Positions 1 to 10,152 of a stretch of 64,000 nucleotides of DNA are shown here, piece after piece. The notes below the pieces were generated by a model. It ran no database searches and was not told the origin of the DNA. It was given only the letters and a program-made list of their open reading frames with translations. Source of the stretch: a virus; IMG/VR virus record IMGVR_UViG_3300014643_000020, positions 45,683-109,682 of that record; one strand, given 5' to 3'. The position numbers and the translations under genes are program-made. The stretch's first letter is position 1. Every line of letters begins with the position of its first letter.

Positions 1-169
1 TAAATTCATCTGTTATTTTTATATTTTTTAATTTCATTGTTTTAGTCTTATGTGCTTGTCTTTTTATATCTATACCTAAAATTTTAATATTATTACTCAT
101 TCATCTTTTCTCCTTTTAAAATATTGATTTTAATCAACTCCTTTATTAAAATGCGTGTTTTATATGTAT

Positions 170-928
170 TTACTTCTGAAATACCAACATTTTGGTATTA
201 ACATTTGTTCCACTTTCCTTAAAACTGTTAGCTGGTAACATATAATCATAACCGCAATTTTCCTTGTACCATTCTAAAAATTCTTTACCTTTTTTAGTTG
301 GCTTAGTTAATATTCCAGCACTTGTAATAGAAATTAATATTCCATTTTCTTTTATAAAATTATGAGCATGTTGAATATGTTCCATTTCATAAGTAAATGG
401 GGGATTCATTAATATTGCATCAACATCAAAAGGTTTGATATTTAGAAAATCCTCCTGTATAGGGTTGTAACCCTTCTCTTTTAATCTCTCACAATGTAAA
501 GGATTTTGTTCTACGCAATAAGTTATAACATTGGGAAAATTTTCTTTTACTAAATCTAAAATATGTCCTTGCCCAGCAGAAGGTTCTAGAAATGTAAATT
601 CTTCTATCGTATACATAGGAACTAAACCCAACATTTCACTAACAACTGCTTCAGGAGTATAGAAAAAGTCAGTAGATTTCTTCCAGTCGGTAACTTCACC
701 TGTTTGAACTACTAATTTTAATGATTCTGTTATGTCATAGTCAAAAACATGACCCTTTGATTTTTTATTCCATTTAGCTCCTAATGCAGTCAATACTTTA
801 TTGATTTTTTCATATGTATGTCTCTCTAATTGAATATCTGGCAAATACAATACTTTACCTTCAATATTACATTTAGATAATATATCAATCGTTTCTTTAT
901 CAATATTAAATTTCTTTAAACTTGCCAA
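170..928 (-). CDS. DNA methyltransferase (N6-adenine type)
   Basis: Motif I LEPSAGQG and catalytic motif IV NPPF. Confidence 0.85.
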   Translation of the reverse strand: MASLKKFNIDKETIDILSKCNIEGKVLYLPDIQLERHTYEKINKVLTALGAKWNKKSKGHVFDYDITESLKLVVQTGEVTDWKKSTDFFYTPEAVVSEMLGLVPMYTIEEFTFLEPSAGQGHILDLVKENFPNVITYCVEQNPLHCERLKEKGYNPIQEDFLNIKPFDVDAILMNPPFTYEMEHIQHAHNFIKENGILISITSAGILTKPTKKGKEFLEWYKENCGYDYMLPANSFKESGTNVNTKMLVFQK

Positions 929-956
929 TATATATTTCCTTTCTCATTAAAATTTT

Positions 957-1142
957 TTATCTACCTTTGCGACATTTATTGATTTCATAACCATTTATGT
1001 CATTTTGTTTATTTTTATTATTCCTAATTAATTCTTTACGTTCATTATGATTACTCTTTTCTGTCATATGTATATTGCAATTATCATGGCATCCTAAATA
1101 CCTATAAGTACAATTAATACAACTTGTCATTTTACACCTCAT
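957..1142 (-). CDS. Small Cys-rich hypothetical protein
   Basis: CxxC...CxxxC pattern, co-oriented with neighbouring genes. Confidence 0.5.
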   Translation of the reverse strand: MRCKMTSCINCTYRYLGCHDNCNIHMTEKSNHNERKELIRNNKNKQNDINGYEINKCRKGR

Positions 1143-1351
1143 ATTTTATAAATTAATTGTTTATAATTTTCCCGCATCACACAATTTCTTTACCCCCTTT
1201 TATTGGGGTTTTATTTACTCTGGGAAGAAAATTATCGACTTTCTATGCCCTATGGACTAATTAGTCGTTCAGGATTTAAAATCGAAACTTGGTCGCTACG
1301 GTGAGTTTTATTCCCTATAAAGGAGTAGTGATGTTTGATATTTGTTTAAAT

Positions 1352-1552
1352 TTACTTGTTTTTTAACTTTTCTATGTATTGATTTAATTCTTCTTGATTT
1401 AATTTATATGTAACACATTCGCCAAAATAAACATTAGCCTTTCTATACCAACCACGATATTCTAAACTACATCTACTAAAATGTAATACTTCATCATTAG
1501 GAACTATCTCATCATCTTTATTAACATAGCAAGTAATAACTTTGCCTGCCAT
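1352..1552 (-). CDS. Hypothetical protein
   Basis: ATG preceded by AAAGGAG on the minus strand. Confidence 0.6.
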   Translation of the reverse strand: MAGKVITCYVNKDDEIVPNDEVLHFSRCSLEYRGWYRKANVYFGECVTYKLNQEELNQYIEKLKNK

Positions 1553-1684
1553 ACAAATCTCCTTTCTTTTATAATTTAACTGTTAAATATTTTTCAACAA
1601 GTGAAAACTTATTTTAAACTATCACATTACCGCTCGGTGTGTATTTTCCAATGATAGATTGTTCTTACTACTTGCCTTAACCAT

Positions 1685-1795
1685 AGTTTACCATAAGGGA
1701 AAATAGATGTCAAGAACTTTTATAAAATAATTATTAATTAAATCCATAACTTTTATAAATTAATTGTTGACAAATAAAAATGAGAGTAGTATGAT
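1685..1795. promoter_or_regulatory. Divergent sigmaA promoters
   Basis: Plus: TTGACA 1767-1772, 17 bp, TATGAT 1790-1795. Minus: TTGACA 1713-1708, 17 bp, TG-n-TAAACT 1690-1685. The 16-bp operator motif at 1753-1768 overlaps the plus -35. Confidence 0.75.
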
Positions 1796-1845
1796 ATGGG
1801 TGTGGTAGTATTTTATATTATACTATAGAGAAAGGGGGTGAAAAT

Positions 1846-2721
1846 ATGCCAGAGATAAGAGAATACTATAAAATAGAGAAAGGAACTGGAAACCTATTAG
1901 AAGAAGGTAAAGAAGAAGTATTTACCGAACAAGAAATATACAACAAAGAATTACAGAAGAAATTTCTAAAAGGTAAAGACAAATTTGACAATTATATAAA
2001 AGGTTTAGGAAGTTATTGTTTTCTATTTTATGATTTATTAAAAGATATAGAAATTGCTTCAGATGTAAAGATGAAATTTATATTCTTAACATCATACATA
2101 AAATATAATAGTGGGGGAATGTTAGTTGATACAGATAAAATAACACATCAAATTCCATTAGATAGAATTAAATTAAAAGATAAAATGCAACTAGAAGAAA
2201 AAGCCTTTATTAGAGCAATCAATGAAATGGAAAGTAGTGGTTTACTATATGAAAAAGATAATTATTACTACATAAACGAAAAGATAATAGTTAAAGGTAA
2301 GTTAATAAAGAACTCGAATGATAATGATTATACTAGAATATTTTCTGATTCCATAAAAGACTTATATAAAAATTGTCCAAGTAGAAATCATCATTTGTTA
2401 TATTATTTCTTTGCGATGTTGCCTTTTGTAAGTTACAAATACAATTGCGTATGCTATAATCCAAATGAAAATGACTTGTATCAAGTTAAACCAATGGATA
2501 TAAAAGATATTTGTGAAGTAATAGGATATGATAAATCTAAGTGGAAAAGACTTTGGACACAATTAAGATTTTTTAAAATAGGTAACGAAAGTGTTATAAC
2601 AACAATAATTAAAGACCATTTAACAATGCTAAAAATTAATCCTAAACTATATTATGCAGGAAATAGTAAGTGTTTATCAGAATTAAAACAATGTTTTTAT
2701 GAATTTTATATAAACGATTAA
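1846..2721 (+). CDS. Putative RepL-like winged-helix replication/DNA-binding protein (two similar halves)
   Basis: Two helix-turn-helix-plus-wing segments ending YYYINEKIIVKG and LKINPKLYYAG, reminiscent of Firmicutes plasmid RepL; followed directly by direct repeats. Confidence 0.45.
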   Translation: MPEIREYYKIEKGTGNLLEEGKEEVFTEQEIYNKELQKKFLKGKDKFDNYIKGLGSYCFLFYDLLKDIEIASDVKMKFIFLTSYIKYNSGGMLVDTDKITHQIPLDRIKLKDKMQLEEKAFIRAINEMESSGLLYEKDNYYYINEKIIVKGKLIKNSNDNDYTRIFSDSIKDLYKNCPSRNHHLLYYFFAMLPFVSYKYNCVCYNPNENDLYQVKPMDIKDICEVIGYDKSKWKRLWTQLRFFKIGNESVITTIIKDHLTMLKINPKLYYAGNSKCLSELKQCFYEFYIND

Positions 2722-2738
2722 TTTATTTAAAATATCAA

Positions 2739-2790
2739 TTTTGACTTTGGGGAAAATTTTACCCCCATATTTTTGACTTTGGGGAAAATT
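2739..2790 (+). repeat. Two 20-bp direct repeats (iteron-like)
   Basis: TTTTGACTTTGGGGAAAATT at 2739-2758 and 2771-2790 (32-bp period), followed by an AT-rich tract. Confidence 0.85.
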
Positions 2791-2950
2791 GAAAATCGCT
2801 AATAATGTTAAAATATACATATTTCAGAAAAAACTTATCTCTTTAATCTTTATCCTAAAAACTTAACATAAAAATAACCTTTAAGTAATTGAAATATAAA
2901 CTTTTTTCAATTTTTTACTAAAATTACTACCACATATACAATTAAATTAT

Positions 2951-3017
2951 AAAAGTATATATAGCATTGACTTTACATCCAGTTAAATTCCTATCATCAA
3001 TACAATATATACTTTTT
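2951..3017. terminator. Long inverted repeat between convergent genes
   Basis: AAAAGTATATAT..ATTGA pairs with TCAAT..ATATATACTTTT. Confidence 0.55.
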
Positions 3018-3236
3018 TGCTTATAAGTTATACTATGCCCAACAATAAAAGAAATATACAAAAAATTAAATGTTCATTGAAATGGAGCAACGCTACATTG
3101 AAAATGACGGAATAAAATATCCTATGTTTGCTGTGAGATTTATTATAAACATTATAGTAACTCCAGCTATGACAATTAGGATATTTTATGACTATAATAC
3201 CTACATATAACCAATACATACAAACTTTGAAATCAA

Positions 3237-4151
3237 CTATAACTGCATATAGTAACCAATAACATTTGCAAAAATGTTAATATCTCCATCTGCAATTTGA
3301 ATATCTAAATCTTGACTCTCATATATATCATAGATTTGCTTATAACCACCGCCAACAAGATAATTAACACTTGATTTGATATTTGGTATTGTTAATTCAA
3401 TTTCATTAAATATTTCAGCTATTTTATTATATCCGTGATGAGTATAATCAGTAACATCATAATTCTGTTTTCCAATTTTAATTGGTTGATTATTTATTAT
3501 ACAACTTTCTAATACAGACAATTCAAATTTATCGCCTATATCATTAATAGCACCAGAAAGTATATCATTATTAATATCATATATACCTTTATTTACGGTA
3601 ACATATTTGTCAATTTTATTATCAATTATAGAAATAACATCAGTACTTCTATACCCACAGTCAATAATGGTTTTACTGCTTGCTACTGGTATAAAATTGT
3701 ACAAAGCTACAAATGCACTATAACCTTCAGCAAATATTTGTATTTGTTTTATGTTAATTTGTATTTCACGACCATTAACAACACCAGATATAATGTGATT
3801 ACAATACTGTTCATTTAATTCGGCTTCATATGTAGTTTTCATTTGAGATTTATACAAATCAATTGGTAAACCTAATCCAATAGATAACTCTATATAGTCA
3901 TTGTCGGTGATATAATAACTAGATAATAATATAGTTTCTATAATATATTCTCTTTTGGTCTTATCATTTTTAATTAAAGGTATACCAACCCCAAAATTCA
4001 ACACCTTACCATCCAACTCAACTATATGGTTAGTATCAAGTCCATTTTCGCTTACACGGGATTTAATTATTTTAAATACTGTTTCATCAATATCATCATA
4101 TCCAAATATTTTTATATTGGCAGAGCCTAAATCTATAGCTAATTTCCTCAT
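3237..4151 (-). CDS. parM: ParM/StbA-family actin-like partition ATPase
   Basis: Actin-fold motifs IDLG, EGYSA, IIDCGYRSTD, LVGGG; likely start ATG 4151 with AAGGAG RBS (ORF track start 4238). Confidence 0.85.
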   Translation of the reverse strand: MRKLAIDLGSANIKIFGYDDIDETVFKIIKSRVSENGLDTNHIVELDGKVLNFGVGIPLIKNDKTKREYIIETILLSSYYITDNDYIELSIGLGLPIDLYKSQMKTTYEAELNEQYCNHIISGVVNGREIQINIKQIQIFAEGYSAFVALYNFIPVASSKTIIDCGYRSTDVISIIDNKIDKYVTVNKGIYDINNDILSGAINDIGDKFELSVLESCIINNQPIKIGKQNYDVTDYTHHGYNKIAEIFNEIELTIPNIKSSVNYLVGGGYKQIYDIYESQDLDIQIADGDINIFANVIGYYMQL

Positions 4152-4249
4152 TATATTCTCCTTATAATTATTACCACCTTTTTTCCAGACAAAAAAGGTT
4201 AGCCAAAAAGTCCTTTTTATAATTCCGTTACACCGCATTATAAAAAACG

Positions 4250-4444
4250 TTAGAATTTAGGAATATTCTTTGGCATGGTTAAGTTAGTATTAGAATTATT
4301 ATTCTGTGGTTTATAGTATTCATGTATATGTTTCTCTAGTACATATCTGATATGTCTTCTAAAACTACGATTTTCTTTTTTAGCTATTGCTTTTAATAAT
4401 TTAATATCATCTTCCGAAAGTAGGGAGTTAATTTGTTTTTCCAT
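4250..4444 (-). CDS. Small ribbon-helix-helix DNA-binding protein (ParR/CopG-like adaptor candidate)
   Basis: LKAIAKKENRS...IRYVLEKHI pattern; directly upstream of parM. Confidence 0.65.
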   Translation of the reverse strand: MEKQINSLLSEDDIKLLKAIAKKENRSFRRHIRYVLEKHIHEYYKPQNNNSNTNLTMPKNIPKF

Positions 4445-4526
4445 AAAATCACCTCAAAAATATAACTTTTATATAATATTTATATGATTTTCATACAAAA
4501 ATGTTACTATTTTTATATAATTTTCT

Positions 4527-5051
4527 TTAAAATCTATCTAATTCTTGTAGTTTTATTATATTAATTTTCATATTTTTATGGATTTCTTTATCAAATAGAT
4601 TTAGTTTGTTTGTGAAAATAAGTACATTATTAAATCCAACATTAGAATAATTATCAAGTTTTTTGTCTATTTTATTTCCGCTAAGTTCAACTTCGGCTAT
4701 TAGAGTTCCAATTTTTCCATCTGATTGTTGAATGGTTAATAATAAGTCAGGTATACATTTATCAATTTTATTTTGTACTTGATAGTCTAATATTTTAAAA
4801 TTATTAGACTGCATCCACATATGAATTTTAGCTATATAATCCATGTGTATTTTCTGTTTAGTTGACTTTGTGTAATAGAAATATGGTTCACATACTCTAT
4901 CTCTGGTACGCTTAATATAACCTTTGTCATATAACCAAGCTAATCTACGGTTACATACGCAAATATTATTATAAAACAATTTATTAATAGTATTAGAATA
5001 GCAAGAATTATTAAGTAAAAAATTGTAAACTAAACTATCTCTTTCAGTCAA
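4527..5051 (-). CDS. Replication-relaxation family protein
   Basis: N-terminal MTERD...CNRRL wHTH, H, then IPD...EVEL nuclease-like motif; overlaps the FtsK gene. Confidence 0.7.
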   Translation of the reverse strand: MTERDSLVYNFLLNNSCYSNTINKLFYNNICVCNRRLAWLYDKGYIKRTRDRVCEPYFYYTKSTKQKIHMDYIAKIHMWMQSNNFKILDYQVQNKIDKCIPDLLLTIQQSDGKIGTLIAEVELSGNKIDKKLDNYSNVGFNNVLIFTNKLNLFDKEIHKNMKINIIKLQELDRF

Positions 5052-6351
5052 TTAAACCAACTCCTTTGTTTATATTTTCTTTATCATTTTTAGGTACAAT
5101 AGTTGTTTTCTTAGATGGTTGCTTAGAAATGTTATTATTGTATAGATTATTTTCTTTTAATGTAGTCAAAATATCATTTTCCGAAACATAATAACTTTTA
5201 AATAACGTGTCATTGTATAGGTCAAACAATATCCCTTCACCCTTTTCATGTAATTCTGTTACTGCTCTATAATCTCCTTTATCCAATGCAACTTCACTGT
5301 TACTTGATGTTTTACACTTAAATGCAATAGTATGATTTAAGTTAGCCTTTAAAGTTGATTTTATATTGTCACTACATGGTCGTTGTATAGTTGTTATAAA
5401 TTTAATATTAGTAGAACGTGACAAAGACAATAATTGATTTAGCATTGTAGTATAATCTTTTCGTAAATCCGATAACATTATAAATTCCTCTATAACTACT
5501 ACTATTGGCTTCATCTGATTATTTTTATATTTCTTATTGTAATCGGTAAAACTACGACAGTTACTTTTCTCTAATAATTTATTCCTTGTTTTCATGGTGT
5601 CAATTAGACTTTCTATTTCTTTTTTGGTGTCTGATATAGAAGAAATATAAGCTGTAGTATATTTATAGTTTTTAAATGGGAAGTAATCTCCGTTACCTTT
5701 TAGGTTGATTATCTTTAATTCAACTTCTTTGAGACATAAATGAGTTAATAATGATAATATACAAGTTGTTTTTCCTGAACCATTTATTCCAGCAACTAAT
5801 ATATGTGGTTCATCATTCATATCTATATTTATTATTTTTTCCTCACCAGTAGAGATGGAAACTCCAATAGGTATACTTAAATTGTAATCTTTTTTTATTG
5901 ATAAATTAGGCTTGTATTTTTCTTTATATTCTAAGTCTGATATATTAATTACAGTGTGATATTCTCTTGTATATGATAAGTTGATTGGATGTCTTAATGA
6001 TGATTCTATTTTATCTTTTAATTTAACAAAATCGTTATGAGATATTCCGTCAGGTAAAGTAAAAAAGTATTTTTTATTATTTTCATTAGTTTCAACTTTA
6101 TATAGAGTTGGAGTTAATTCTTCTTTAGTTATTAATCCAATACTTTTAAATCGTTTAATCCAATTGCTATTTTTTATTGATAATATGTGATAGTAAAAAA
6201 ATGATGTTCCTGTATATGCAAATGTAAAAGGTATTACTATCTCACTCAACACTTTAAAATCATTTAATAGATTTGTATTTTTAGATATTAATAATAGGGA
6301 AGTAGAAGCTATACAAGATAGAATATTTGTCTGTAATAATGAATTTTTCAT
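5044..6351 (-). CDS. FtsK/SpoIIIE-family ATPase with N-terminal transmembrane segments
   Basis: PHILVAGINGSGKT Walker A, VVVIEEF Walker B, TIQRP motif; likely start ATG 6351 after GGAGG. Confidence 0.85.
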   Translation of the reverse strand: MKNSLLQTNILSCIASTSLLLISKNTNLLNDFKVLSEIVIPFTFAYTGTSFFYYHILSIKNSNWIKRFKSIGLITKEELTPTLYKVETNENNKKYFFTLPDGISHNDFVKLKDKIESSLRHPINLSYTREYHTVINISDLEYKEKYKPNLSIKKDYNLSIPIGVSISTGEEKIINIDMNDEPHILVAGINGSGKTTCILSLLTHLCLKEVELKIINLKGNGDYFPFKNYKYTTAYISSISDTKKEIESLIDTMKTRNKLLEKSNCRSFTDYNKKYKNNQMKPIVVVIEEFIMLSDLRKDYTTMLNQLLSLSRSTNIKFITTIQRPCSDNIKSTLKANLNHTIAFKCKTSSNSEVALDKGDYRAVTELHEKGEGILFDLYNDTLFKSYYVSENDILTTLKENNLYNNNISKQPSKKTTIVPKNDKENINKGVGLID

Positions 6352-6501
6352 ATAACCTCCTATATTTACAAGTATATTTACTAATGTATTAGCTAATAAT
6401 ATATATATGCTTAGTTGTTTCAATATGTGCATAAATATTTTCGACAACTATATGGAGTGAAGCGAACGAGTAGTGAGTGAAACGGAATAGGGCGACACGG
6501 C

Positions 6502-6936
6502 ATGCCCAATTTAGATTTGTTTATACATAGTATTTTATGGAAGTGGGTGATTATTTTTGATTATATAGTACATTCTGTTATTGGACTATTAGTTGGATAT
6601 GGCTTACAGTTATTTTTAGGATTATTTGGGATTAGATTTGATATATTGTATATTATGGTATATTATATTGGAATTGTATTTGGAAGTTTATTAGTGGATA
6701 TTGATAATATAAAGAGTAAAATTGGAAGAAAGTTTAAAATATTAAGCTCTTTTATATATGATATTTTTGGACATAGGGGAATATTCCATAAAATTTGGTT
6801 CTGGACTATTGTATTTGGATTGATTTGGCTGGGAATTGGTAACGATATAATTTGGTTTACTGGAGTTGCTGTTGGAATTGTAATGCATATAGTAGGGGAT
6901 AAAATAAGCGATAGTATAAATAGAGGGTTAATATAG
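6502..6936 (+). CDS. Membrane-bound metal-dependent hydrolase (YdjM-like)
   Basis: H...GSLLVDID...GHRGIFH...HIVGD motifs and hydrophobic segments; start may be slightly downstream. Confidence 0.75.
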   Translation: MPNLDLFIHSILWKWVIIFDYIVHSVIGLLVGYGLQLFLGLFGIRFDILYIMVYYIGIVFGSLLVDIDNIKSKIGRKFKILSSFIYDIFGHRGIFHKIWFWTIVFGLIWLGIGNDIIWFTGVAVGIVMHIVGDKISDSINRGLI

Positions 6937-6960
6937 AGCATCTGAATAGGTGCTTTTTTA
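6935..6960 (+). terminator. Intrinsic terminator
   Basis: AGAGCATCT-GAAT-AGGTGCTTT followed by a T tract. Confidence 0.75.
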
Positions 6961-7115
6961 TTATGGGATAAAAAACGATGCATAGAGGGTAAATTTCGTT
7001 TTTACTTCTTGATTGAGTAATTAGTCCATCGATTATGTAAAATTGATTTTAGGGTCAATTAGATAAGATAAACTCCTTAAAAAGGGGTAAGGTTATTGTG
7101 GGTATATATAAATTT

Positions 7116-7150
7116 GACATCACATTTTTAAATTGTGGTGTTTTTATTTT
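7116..7150 (+). terminator. Intrinsic terminator
   Basis: GACATCACA...TGTGGTGTT followed by a T-rich tract. Confidence 0.55.
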
Positions 7151-8473
7151 TGAAGTCGTAAAGTTGATTTTTTAATATCGTTAATTAGAATTTTAAGGGG
7201 AATATTATTAGTTAAAATACTGTAAATTTACGAGAAAATTACAGTTTGAAATAGTTGACTAATGGATTAAATTTAGTAGTGATTTTAGCTTAATTAAAAA
7301 TTATCGTTAAGATATTGATATTGTAATGGGTTAGTAGTTCTAAATGGGTTAAAAGTGTAAAATATGGGGGAGTTGAAATAGGGTAAGGTGTTGGAATTGT
7401 GAGGTTTCTACGACTTGAAGAACGATATGAAATTGGGATGATTTATTGATTATCGATAAATAATTTTATGATGTGGAAGATATGGTACTAGGTCACATTT
7501 TACCATAGTAATTATTCTATTTAGTGTAAAATAACCCCCTATCAAGTCTATTTAGTGTTGATATTACAATGCTTACAGCTATTATATTCTGTATTATTTT
7601 ATATTATATAATGATTATTATATATTATGAATTGATTCATAATAAAGAGATTGATAGTGTACTATGTTGAGTAGTACAGTCAAGGTATATTGGTAGTGTA
7701 TTAGGTAGATAGTACACTGTGTAACTAAAGCACGTTGTAAAAACAACATAACATCATTATGAAATTTACATATACCATTATGAATATTGCATATATCTAA
7801 AACATATAACTATCTATACATTATACATATAACCATCTAAATAGAATCACACATTAGAATACTTTCTATTATAATTAGAATATAATCTAACTACACTTTA
7901 TATATCCAATATCACACAAACAAAATTATATACATACAATCTAATTAGATTAACCTAGAATCAAATAACACCATATCTAACACAACATAACATATAGTAA
8001 TTAAAACTACATATCAGATAATCACTATACCCATATCTAATACACCAATATACAACTATCTAACATCATCATAAATCTGTCCCAAAAACGGAACGTCTAA
8101 AATGGATTATAACACGCTTAATTAAATTACTTAATATATTAATACTATAAATCTATTAAATTGATTGTAGATACTATATAGTCGCAAATAACATATTTTA
8201 AATGTTATAAATTAATCGTAAAATATAGTACAGATAAGGTAAAGTATAATAAATACTTAACAAAACAATCTTTAAATGACATATCAACCATATAAAATAA
8301 AGTATATTGATATTGTAATGCTTGTACCATTTAGCATAATAGAACATATCTATACTATATATATTAAAAAGGAAATTAATATTTTAAATTATTTACATAA
8401 ATTATATATTTAAACGCTATAAACATTGAAATACTAACATAAAATATTTTTAAAAATTAATTTATAAAAAGTG

Positions 8474-8502
8474 TTGACATATTTAATGTATTGTAGTAAT
8501 AT
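8474..8502 (+). promoter_or_regulatory. sigmaA promoter at the start of the rightward early region
   Basis: TTGACA 8474-8479, 17 bp, TAATAT 8497-8502; flanked by operator-motif variants at 8452 and 8514. Confidence 0.7.
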
Positions 8503-9999
8503 AATATTATAAACACAATCAAATTATAAAAGAAAGAAAGGTAGTTACAACTGCAAGGCACATGCAGTATAAATAAAGCAAGGTTTTATAAATTGTATCC
8601 CTTTAGACAATAGAACATTGACAATTAAATAGCACTTATTAAGATTTATGAGGTCTTAATAGAGGTTACTGGTTTATACTCTAGTGATAACTTAAATATG
8701 ACACTAGATGATAACTCACAAAGTGGGAAAGCTACAAAATAAGCGACTTTGTAAAGGAAATTACAGTATTTAGCAATTTAAAATTATAATAGTATACATA
8801 ATTATTGAGTTACTAACAAACATCTAATTTATAGTAGTTATTAGCTTATAATAATACTAAAACAAGTTAGAAATTTTGCAAAATAGTAAATCTATATAAT
8901 AGTTAAAAGTTGATAATTATGTTTACGTTTATGTTTTTAAATAATATAATAAAAGGAGATATAAAACAATGAAAGAAATGAGAACAATATCCATAAAGGA
9001 TTTACAAGCGAAAAGCTGTGATACTTTTAGCAGAAAAGACAATAGTGTTAGGGGTATTGAAACAGTTAGTAAAAGTCAAATAAAAGTAGGAGATAAAGTG
9101 GTATTAAATAATTATTTTACGTTGGTTATAGAATAGATAATATTATTATTTTAAATAAAAGGAGATATCAAAATGGATATGATTGAAGTGTATAGAGTAT
9201 TAGAAAGAAGAACCGAAATAATGGAACGATTAATAGACTACATGAATGACGAAGAAGTAAAAGGATACATGCATGACGATTTAGCATATTTACATTCAAA
9301 GTTTTATGATGAAGAAGATTTTGAAGAAAAAGCAAAACTATTGTTAGCAATTGATAAAGAGTTAAAGTTTCAAGGAAGATGATAAAACTTATCAGAAAGA
9401 ACATGAGGAAAAATATCAAAAATTATTTAAAATCTTTTAGAGTGCATTATAAACATAAAATAGTGTACTCAATAAAGACTTTAAAAGTCTAGTATGGGAG
9501 GTAAAAATGTTACAATTCAAAAGATTTACAAAAGAAAAAGACACAATTACATATTATGGTAATAGTGACATTAATAATGACATATTGATAACAACTCAAG
9601 ATATAAAACAATTGCAAAAGATAGCTTTATCATTTACAAACAATATCAAAATGTATGTAAAATTTAATTATTACTTTGATTTTTACTCTATTACTGATAT
9701 AAAAAATATTGTTGAAAACAACGATAAAATCGAACAAATATATGATGATTTATGGAAGTACAGAGAGATACAAGACCATGAGATTATATCAATAAAAAAT
9801 AAAACAATTGATATTAATTATCAAGATAGGATTATTAATATCAATATTAACGACAAAAATATTATTGATAAGATATTGATTAAGTTAACTTTTTAAAATC
9901 TTTTACTATTCATCATATTAAATGGTGGATAGAATAAAGACTTTAAATCAAATAACTAAAGTCTAATTCACTAAAGGAGGATAGCACTACATAATTAAA

Positions 10000-10152
10000 A
10001 TGGATAACAACAAGCAAAACGCTTGCGAAATTATAACAACTATAGTTGCAATATTAACATTTATAGATTTACAAGCAACCAAGCTTTATAAATGTAACAA
10101 TTGCAAATATAGAAAACATTATAAGAATCGCAAGCGTAAAACTAAAAAGTGA
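10000..10152 (+). CDS. 50-aa peptide with one hydrophobic segment and a basic tail
   Basis: MDNNKQNACEIITTIVAILTFIDL...KRKTKK; AAGGAGG at 9974-9980 fits an in-frame ATA at 9991; followed by a hairpin. Confidence 0.45.
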   Translation: MDNNKQNACEIITTIVAILTFIDLQATKLYKCNNCKYRKHYKNRKRKTKK

